The notes under the pieces were generated by a model. It was not told the origin of the DNA and searched no databases. It saw only the letters and a program-made list of their open reading frames with translations. This document shows positions 57,760-64,000 of a stretch of 64,000 bases of DNA, one piece after another. Source of the stretch: an uncultured Spirochaetia bacterium (lineage in GTDB: Bacteria; Oederibacteriota; PGYV01; Palsa-1178). Each line of letters opens with the position of its first letter. Within the stretch, counting starts at the first letter, position 1. Position numbers and translations under genes: made by a program. The stretch covers positions 1,227 to 65,226 of the forward strand of contig CAYUDX010000002.1 of assembly GCA_964443355.1 (NCBI GenBank), in the 5' to 3' direction.

Positions 57760-58206
57760 ATGGGAAAAAAAATATCGTTATTTTTAAAGACATCGACGTG
57801 CATTTTATTGGCATTTTTATTGATAGGCTGCGGGACGCTCCTGTATCCAAAACGCATCGGCCAGAGGAGCGGTAACATTGACGCCGGTGTCGCTGTTTTG
57901 GACGGGCTGTGCCTGCTGCTTTTTGTGGTCCCGGGAATTGTGGCTTTTGTCGTTGATTTCTCGAACGGCACAATTTACCTTCCTGGAGGAAACAGGAGCA
58001 TGCTTGACAGGGAAGACGCGAAAAAGATAAGCTTTGACGCCAGGAGATGCACAATAGCCGACATAGAAAAAATAGTAAAAAATGAGACCGGCTATGAAGT
58101 CGACAGGCCGGATACAAGGATTTACGCTTTCTCTTCCATGAAAGAATTGGATATGAATTTGGCCGCATTGACGCAAAATACAGCCATTGCCGTATGCAGT
58201 AAGTAA
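57760..58206 (+). CDS. Hypothetical lipoprotein
   Basis: Lipobox LIGC, then a TM-like segment. AGGGGG RBS; ATG 57760 preferred over 57754. Confidence 0.5.
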   Translation: MGKKISLFLKTSTCILLAFLLIGCGTLLYPKRIGQRSGNIDAGVAVLDGLCLLLFVVPGIVAFVVDFSNGTIYLPGGNRSMLDREDAKKISFDARRCTIADIEKIVKNETGYEVDRPDTRIYAFSSMKELDMNLAALTQNTAIAVCSK

Positions 58207-58287
58207 AAGCGGCCAAGTATAATGGTATTACCTTAGGGAAGGAAAAAATTTTAATGATATTGTAACGTGGAAAAGGAGGCTGTATTA

Positions 58288-58452
58288 ATGAACAAATGGG
58301 TGTGCACGGTTTGTGGATACATTTATGATCCGTCGAAAGGGGATCCTGATAAAGGAGTGGAACCGGGGACGCCTTTTGAAAAAATTCCAGTCGAATGGGT
58401 GTGTCACGAATACGGGGCCGCAAAAATGGCTTTTAAAGAACTGAAACAATAG
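58288..58452 (+). CDS. Rubredoxin-like protein lacking the fourth cysteine ligand
   Basis: [12 protein letters not shown] ... GDPD ... PGT.FE.IP ... WVCHEYGA: the canonical second knuckle CPxCG is replaced by CHEYG. AAGGAGG RBS with 8-nt spacing. Confidence 0.7.
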   Translation: MNKWVCTVCGYIYDPSKGDPDKGVEPGTPFEKIPVEWVCHEYGAAKMAFKELKQ

Positions 58453-58505
58453 TTTTCAGTTTGATGCGAATAATTTAAAAGAAAAGCCGCAGAGGATGAT
58501 TTAAA

Positions 58506-58877
58506 ATGGGAAAAAAAGCATTGGTTATCGATGATAATATAAATAATCTATTGCTCGAAAAAGATCTTCTTGAAACAGCCGGTTTCGAAGTGTTTGAAGC
58601 GGAAGACGCTTCCACGGGAATAGCCATGGCAAAAAAGGAAAAACCAAATATCATCATTATGGATGTCCGGCTGCCGGATATGCGCGGTACAGAAGCCGCA
58701 AAAATGCTGCGAAAAGTCAAAGAAACGAACGATATTCCCATTGTTTTTGTAACTGCTTCGGTATTGCAGGAAGACGTGGAAGCGTTAAAAGTTATTCCTC
58801 ATACCGGATATATAGGCAAACCAATAAATACACGCACGTTTGTAACGGAAATAAGCCTATATTTACGGTCAAATTAA
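58506..58877 (+). CDS. Single-domain response regulator (receiver only)
   Basis: ALVIDDN ... IIIMDVRLPDMRG ... GKP receiver motifs; 123 aa. Confidence 0.75.
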   Translation: MGKKALVIDDNINNLLLEKDLLETAGFEVFEAEDASTGIAMAKKEKPNIIIMDVRLPDMRGTEAAKMLRKVKETNDIPIVFVTASVLQEDVEALKVIPHTGYIGKPINTRTFVTEISLYLRSN

Positions 58878-58961
58878 AGGCCTTGTCTTAAATAAAAAAG
58901 GTCGTAAACACAACAAAAACTCCGAGGGAAATCATTTCCCGGAGCGCGCCTGCCACCCTGT

Positions 58962-58985
58962 TTAAAATACATATTGTATTTAAAA
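58962..58985. promoter_or_regulatory. Palindromic upstream activator sequence (TTAAAATACA-tat-TGTATTTAAAA), copy B
   Basis: Better-preserved dyad than copy A; ~130 bp upstream of sigma-54 promoter B. Confidence 0.55.
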
Positions 58986-59096
58986 CGTACATTCTCAAAA
59001 ACAAACCATCCATGGCCGCTCCCTGATAAGACATCATAAGCCGTATTATGTCCTTTATAACATCGGTTAAAATCACCCCTGCGTCCATGCCCTTTC

Positions 59097-59113
59097 CTGG
59101 CATGGTAAATGCT
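59097..59113 (+). promoter_or_regulatory. Sigma-54 promoter B (cTGGCAtggtaaaTGCt)
   Basis: Identical to promoter A; ~95 bp upstream of the ATG at 59207. Confidence 0.7.
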
Positions 59114-59206
59114 CTATATACATATATATGAATCCATATAATGCCGGATGTATTTTGAAAAAGTGCCGGTCAATTTAAGTGGATTTCCAAAAAAAGGAGT
59201 TAAACG

Positions 59207-59497
59207 ATGGAAAAAAGGGATGTTTATGTCGAAAGGTTTTCGAAACAACTGAAGGATTGGAATTTGAAAATAGACAGGCTGGTCGCCGGCGCGGATAAGG
59301 CGGCCAACGGCGCCAAAATCGAATTTTCAAAACAAATCGAACTTTTAAAGCAAAAAAGAGAGGATGCCGCTGGAAAATTGCAGCATTTAAAAGATGCGGA
59401 CGCGGATGCGTGGGAAAGCATAGTGGAAGGCACACAAAAAGCCTGGGACGACCTCAAGCAGGCCATGCATACCGCGAGCGAAAAACTAAAGCAATAA
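59207..59497 (+). CDS. Small coiled-coil protein (96 aa), first gene of the sigma-54 operon B
   Basis: AAAGGAG RBS; helical, charged sequence; an intact paralog of the remnant at 55557. Confidence 0.55.
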   Translation: MEKRDVYVERFSKQLKDWNLKIDRLVAGADKAANGAKIEFSKQIELLKQKREDAAGKLQHLKDADADAWESIVEGTQKAWDDLKQAMHTASEKLKQ

Positions 59498-59498
59498 C

Positions 59499-60515
59499 AT
59501 GGCAGCCGAAAATTTTACCCTGCGGAAGGCCGAACCGTTCGGAACGGATGAAATAAAGGCGCGGATGGAAAACGGTGAAAAGCTTGCCCTTGTGCTGCCG
59601 GGCGGCGGATCAAGGGGGCGATGGCAGTTTGGCGCCATATACCGTCTCTATCAGATAGGCGTGCTGGACAGGGTCGATTTGATATGCGGCACTTCCGTGG
59701 GCGGTTTGAACACATTATTTACCGCCAAGTACAAATCCGATATGGAAAAGCCGCTTTTAATATGGAACAACATAAAAAAAAATTCAGATGTATACGACGG
59801 CATAATGAAGTTGAGGACTCCATTTGATTTTGTCAGGCTGCTCGCGCAGATATTCACCGACAACAAGGCCCGCAGCATATTGAATCCCAGGGGGCTTTAC
59901 TCGCTCATAGACAGGGAATTTGCCGGGATGACGCTTAAGGATCTCTCCTGCCCCGTATGCCTTGCGACCACCAACATGTCTACGGCGGATTTTGTCGAGA
60001 TAAGCACCATGACGGATCCGGATTTTTCAGCCGTTCAGCTGGCAAAGCTGACCAGCGCCATACCCATTATTTTTCCCGCGGTGGAATTTGCCAACGAAGG
60101 TTACACCGACCTCGGGGTGGACGGCGGAATGGGAAGGCATAACCCGGTAAAGCTCGCGATAAAGAACGGCGCCACAAAAATAATACTGATAGGGACGTCG
60201 CCCCATAAGATCCCGAGGGAAGCGCTGAGAAAAGACGTAGTGTCCCTGGGCGGGCGCCTTGAAAACGCCCTGATGCACATCTTTGAGGAGTCTTCCTGGG
60301 ATGAGGCGGACCTTTACAAAAAATTTTCCGACCTTGACGCGGCGCAGTATCCACCGATCGAATTCCTGGACCTTTACCCTAAGGACGGGACATATAACCT
60401 GGAATATGAGATAAACGCCCTTGATTTTTCGGGAACCATGACAATGCAGAACGGATACGACCATGCCGTAAAGAATTTTTCCCCGGAAGTCATCGGCGAT
60501 TTTTTGACGTCATGA
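59499..60515 (+). CDS. Patatin-like phospholipase
   Basis: Oxyanion LPGGGSRG, nucleophile elbow GTSVG, catalytic Asp in DLGVDGG. Confidence 0.8.
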   Translation: MAAENFTLRKAEPFGTDEIKARMENGEKLALVLPGGGSRGRWQFGAIYRLYQIGVLDRVDLICGTSVGGLNTLFTAKYKSDMEKPLLIWNNIKKNSDVYDGIMKLRTPFDFVRLLAQIFTDNKARSILNPRGLYSLIDREFAGMTLKDLSCPVCLATTNMSTADFVEISTMTDPDFSAVQLAKLTSAIPIIFPAVEFANEGYTDLGVDGGMGRHNPVKLAIKNGATKIILIGTSPHKIPREALRKDVVSLGGRLENALMHIFEESSWDEADLYKKFSDLDAAQYPPIEFLDLYPKDGTYNLEYEINALDFSGTMTMQNGYDHAVKNFSPEVIGDFLTS

Positions 60516-61441
60516 CGCCGTTTTGGAAGCTTGTTATGCGCACCGCCGTCATCCCGGCGCTGATCATTTGTTCCGCCGGTTGCGCCACATACGCTCCGGC
60601 AACAGAACAGCATTTGAGCCGGGAAATACAGACCATGGTCGCCGAAGCGCCGGTATTGCCCCGGGGACCGGTTTCACACAGGGACGCCGTCAGGTCGGTA
60701 AGTTATGAAAGAAAAGGGGATAAGGCAATGACTATGCTGATAAAGTCCAGGGGTTCGGCAAAAGAAATCGAACTGGCGGACAATATCATTGATGATTATA
60801 AGAACGCCCTCATATTGGACGGCAAAAGCGGGATACTTGTGCACAAATATTGCCAGGCCGTCGAGCTAAAGTACAATTTACTGATGCCGGAAGGGGAAAA
60901 AGAGGCCGAAAGGCAAAAAGCATATGCCGACACCCTTGCCATGCTGGAAACGCTGTATCCCGGAGAAAACAATGCGGTTTACGCGGATTATGACAAGGCG
61001 CTTTTCCTGGTGCTAAATACTGCGTATTCAAATATTTTTCAGGTGATAGGGGTAGTTAACAGGGTCCATGCGCTTTGCGAAAAGATATATAAGGAAGACG
61101 CGGGTTTTGAGGATCACGGAGCCCTGACGGCGCTCGGCAGGATAAACTTACTTGCCCCGAATATCCCGGTCTTTATTTCATGGCCCGATAAAAAGCTTTC
61201 CCGTAGTTATCTTGAGGAAGCCCTCAAATACAACCCGGATTCCCTGCTGGTGAAATTTTTCCTTGCCGACACAATGTACGCCCTCGGTGAAAAGGAAAAA
61301 GCCGCGGTATATTTCATGGAAGTCGCCGGAAGGACACCCAGGGAAGATATTAATTATTTTGAGGACAGGAAGGTGCGGAATATATGTATTACCAGGATGA
61401 AAGAACTCGGGATACAACTTCCGGATACGATTTGTATGTAA
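60512..61441 (+). CDS. Hypothetical lipoprotein (helical, TPR-like?)
   Basis: Lipobox SAGC. Overlaps the patatin stop (ATGA). Confidence 0.45.
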   Translation: MTPFWKLVMRTAVIPALIICSAGCATYAPATEQHLSREIQTMVAEAPVLPRGPVSHRDAVRSVSYERKGDKAMTMLIKSRGSAKEIELADNIIDDYKNALILDGKSGILVHKYCQAVELKYNLLMPEGEKEAERQKAYADTLAMLETLYPGENNAVYADYDKALFLVLNTAYSNIFQVIGVVNRVHALCEKIYKEDAGFEDHGALTALGRINLLAPNIPVFISWPDKKLSRSYLEEALKYNPDSLLVKFFLADTMYALGEKEKAAVYFMEVAGRTPREDINYFEDRKVRNICITRMKELGIQLPDTICM

Positions 61442-61646
61442 ACGGAATTGATATTGAAATGCGGCGCAATGAAAATTCGGCTGATTCAGGTTCATGCATT
61501 TCCGTTTTGCCGCCATTTCCTTATATTATTGGCGGATTTTTGTTCCGGAAAAATATTGACATATTGACGGCACGGCAATTGCTGCTATTGATGTGAAATG
61601 TTTTTATTTTATCCGATTTTACGGATAAAAATCAAAAGGAGGGTTC

Positions 61647-62258
61647 ATGAAAATTTTTTCAGCTATGCTCACGGTCATTTTTTTTGCAAGTGTTCCGGTT
61701 TTTGCCGACGATTCGTCAAAGACACCGGCTTCGGAGGCTACGGCTGACAGGGTGGCGATAGGAACGGTAATTCCCGAAGCCACCAGGACGGACGCGCAAA
61801 TACACAGGATAGACAAAAAGATCGGCAAGATCGACAGGGAAAAGGATTCTATAGATACGCATCAGGAGAAGCTTGAGAATTCAAAGGAAAAAGCCGAGAT
61901 TTCGAATATTAAAGGAGGTTTTGACGAGTTAAAACTGACCGTATCTGAAAAAATCACCTGGGCCCAGATAAAGAAATTAAGAGCGGACAAGCACAAACTA
62001 CAGGCCTCATTGCTCTCCGCAAAGAGCAATGATGAAAAAGCCTCCATCAGTGCCAAGATCGGCGAAAACAAGGCAAAGGACGCATGGCTTGCCGCAAAGA
62101 TAAAATCCGTCGATGCGAAAATGCTCGAGGATAAGGACGATATAAACAGGGAACAGGTCAAAATAAAGAAGATCGACATAAAGCAAAAGGGACTGGACTC
62201 GGACAATAAGGACCTTAATAACGCTAAGGAAGATCTTGAGGCAAAAAAGGCGAATTAA
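61647..62258 (+). CDS. Secreted Lys/Asp-rich coiled-coil protein
   Basis: Signal peptide. AAAGGAGGG RBS. Terminator hairpin at 62337-62397. Confidence 0.5.
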   Translation: MKIFSAMLTVIFFASVPVFADDSSKTPASEATADRVAIGTVIPEATRTDAQIHRIDKKIGKIDREKDSIDTHQEKLENSKEKAEISNIKGGFDELKLTVSEKITWAQIKKLRADKHKLQASLLSAKSNDEKASISAKIGENKAKDAWLAAKIKSVDAKMLEDKDDINREQVKIKKIDIKQKGLDSDNKDLNNAKEDLEAKKAN

Positions 62259-62336
62259 TTTCAAACGGGAGGAAAAAACAGGCTCCCTAAAGCGCGCCGA
62301 AGATACATTTAGTGCCGGAAACGATACAGATGGAAA

Positions 62337-62397
62337 ACGCACATCCCGGGAAGGGCGCGGACGATTTGCGGCAAACCGGGGTGTGCGTTTTATTTTA
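62337..62397 (+). terminator. Rho-independent terminator (long imperfect hairpin AACGCACATCCCGG ... CCGGGGTGTGCGTT + T-rich tail)
   Basis: Downstream of the 61647..62258 gene. Confidence 0.6.
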
Positions 62398-62543
62398 TCC
62401 TGTTTTTAAGGCGTGTTAACAAGCCGACACTTGCTTTTAAGGCTTTAAACCGGATCAAAAAAGTTGTGGCATGTTAATTGCTTTTAATATATCCAGCCGT
62501 GGAGGATTTATCCCCGCGGAAATAAGTTTAAAAGGCGGCATCA

Positions 62544-62960
62544 GTGTTAACAAAAACAAAGAAACACCTGATCCTGATCGCGGACGACGACAAGTATATC
62601 CGGGAATTGCTCCATAGGGAGCTTGATCTGTCGGAATATGAGGTAAATATCGTCAACAACGGGGACAAACTCATCAGCCTTCTACAGACAAAAAAAGCGA
62701 GCCTTGTGATAACGGACATATACATGGACGACACGGACGGTTTTGAGGTTATCACCATAGTGAAGAGGCTGAACCCATATATTCCGATCATAGTGATCAC
62801 CGGCGACAATGATATTGAACTGGAAAGAAAGGTGAGGAACAAGGATATTTTCGCATATTTTATTAAACCTATCGAGATAAAAATATTCCATGAAACGATC
62901 AAAGCTGCAATCGACGGTTTCAGCAAATCCGAAGCGTTGAGTTTTGACAGGAAGCACTAA
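62544..62960 (+). CDS. Single-domain response regulator (receiver only)
   Basis: LILIADDD ... LVITDIYMDDTDG ... FIKP receiver motifs. GTG start after AAGGCGG. Confidence 0.65.
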   Translation: MLTKTKKHLILIADDDKYIRELLHRELDLSEYEVNIVNNGDKLISLLQTKKASLVITDIYMDDTDGFEVITIVKRLNPYIPIIVITGDNDIELERKVRNKDIFAYFIKPIEIKIFHETIKAAIDGFSKSEALSFDRKH

Positions 62961-63012
62961 GGCATGAACCATCGTTTATGAGCGTGATACGGAACGGTAA
63001 AAAGGAGCAAAA

Positions 63013-63513
63013 ATGAAAAAGATTTTTTCACTGGCATTGGCACTGATTTTTGCAATAAGTTCAATAGCCGCCGCGGAAGTCTGGATAGCCGGGCACGCGG
63101 TCACCGGCGACGACTACGCCGGCGCAAGAGGCCTGGGCATAGGCATCGTGCTGGGTGAGATAAACGGCTTGAGCGTCAAAAATTGGGTCAGCCGGGACAA
63201 TGCGGTCCAATTTGACTTCAACTGGGACGTAAACTACGGAGGCCTTGGTTTTGGCGCCGCGTATCTTATACATAATTTCAACATAATAGAGGCGGACAAC
63301 AACCTGTGGCCCCTGTATTTCGGGATAAAAGGATGGGCCGCCATGTCGTCGGGGACGGCCAACGCAGGAATTCAAGTGCCGCTCGGTTTCGCATGGATAC
63401 CGAGGACCGCGCCTATCGATATTTTTGTCCAGTTCGAACCGGGTATCAGCGTCATCCCGGACATGCATTTTGCGCCGGGAGGAGGCTTAGGCATCAGGTT
63501 CTGGTTCGGTTAG
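63013..63513 (+). CDS. Small outer-membrane beta-barrel protein (8-strand, OmpW/OmpX-like size)
   Basis: Signal peptide, alternating aromatic/Gly strands, C-terminal RFWFG. Confidence 0.55.
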   Translation: MKKIFSLALALIFAISSIAAAEVWIAGHAVTGDDYAGARGLGIGIVLGEINGLSVKNWVSRDNAVQFDFNWDVNYGGLGFGAAYLIHNFNIIEADNNLWPLYFGIKGWAAMSSGTANAGIQVPLGFAWIPRTAPIDIFVQFEPGISVIPDMHFAPGGGLGIRFWFG

Positions 63514-63548
63514 AGTACTTGGAACGATGAAAAAAAATGGAGGAAAAA

Positions 63549-64000
63549 ATGAAAAAATCAACACTTTTGCTGGTTTGCGCTTTTCTGACACTGTCTTTAA
63601 GCATTATCTCCGCGGGTTGTAAAAAGAACAGCACGACATCGCCGGGGGCCATTCCAACGGCTATACCGACGGTGACCGGCGGCATAGGCCAGGCTGCCGT
63701 GGTTCTCGGGACTTCGGCAAGGTTCGCGATACTATCCGACCAGTCAATAACCGACGTTCCGACATCGGCAATTACCGGAGATGTGGGAATAAGCCCGGGA
63801 AACAGGTCTTCGTGCGCCTTATTGCCTGCTGAAGTCAACGGCACCGGAGCGAACGGAGCTTATGCAATTTACGCGGCAGATGACGCGGGAAGCGTTCCCG
63901 CAATGCTTGTACAGGCCAAAACAGACGCGTTAAACGCCTATGGCGACGCGATAAACGCCTCACGCGGCACCCCGACATCCATATCTGGAAATCTTAACGG
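63549..64000 (+). CDS. Second ice-binding-like (DUF3494) lipoprotein, 3'-partial at the window edge (missed by the ORF track)
   Basis: GGAGGA RBS and ATG 63549. Lipobox SAGC. N-terminal DUF3494 signature LGTSARFAILSDQSITDVPTSAITGDVGISPGN. Open to the end of the window. Confidence 0.7.
   Translation, partial: MKKSTLLLVCAFLTLSLSIISAGCKKNSTTSPGAIPTAIPTVTGGIGQAAVVLGTSARFAILSDQSITDVPTSAITGDVGISPGNRSSCALLPAEVNGTGANGAYAIYAADDAGSVPAMLVQAKTDALNAYGDAINASRGTPTSISGNLN

Noticed and set aside
58919-58944. Strong hairpin CTCCGAGGGAAAT-c-ATTTCCCGGAG as a terminator of the upstream response-regulator gene
   Set aside because: No U-tract follows on the + strand. The T-run lies on the opposite strand, where nothing is transcribed towards it. 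Function unclear, so I did not call it.

Overview
This 64 kb window is mostly coding and syntenic, with ~50% GC; the first ~240 bp are AT-rich and compositionally foreign. The coding strand is mostly + except a minus-strand chemotaxis block and one large minus-strand gene. Housekeeping content: RNase P RNA (rnpB), guaB, guaA, a glycogen-debranching-enzyme homolog, an Isf-like flavoprotein and a XerC/D-type recombinase. The rest is dominated by phosphorus acquisition. There is a secreted thermonuclease / metallophosphoesterase / class A acid phosphatase set. There is a PhoB/PhoR-like two-component pair followed by porin-pstSCAB-phoU and two ArsC-type paralogs. There is a C-P lyase cluster (phnF-like GntR, phnDCE, phnGHIJKLM) with a non-canonical 3' tail. 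There is a large AlkP-like/EEP fusion phosphoesterase. Other notable content: a divergent chemotaxis module (cheW-MCP-cheY opposite cheA); a PHP-domain/GT4 glycosyltransferase fusion; and a σ54 module in which a regulatory-domain-less enhancer-binding protein is flanked by two paralogous UAS + -24/-12 promoter cassettes. Those cassettes sit in front of an ice-binding-like (DUF3494) lipoprotein/OmpA operon and a patatin operon. The two signals I consider most novel are as follows. First, a compact operon at 23159-27743 encodes three paralogous ~95-aa amphi-Trp-like small proteins together with a PhoU-domain/APH-like kinase fusion, a RimK-like ATP-grasp ligase and an HprK-C-like kinase; this is a candidate small-protein modification system. 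Second, a 3.1-copy tandem array of ~237-bp structured repeats (10369-11105) lies between the recombinase and the nuclease gene, with long-range inverted repeats that are preserved by compensatory changes. All calls are from reading the sequence and ORF translations; no database searches were run.
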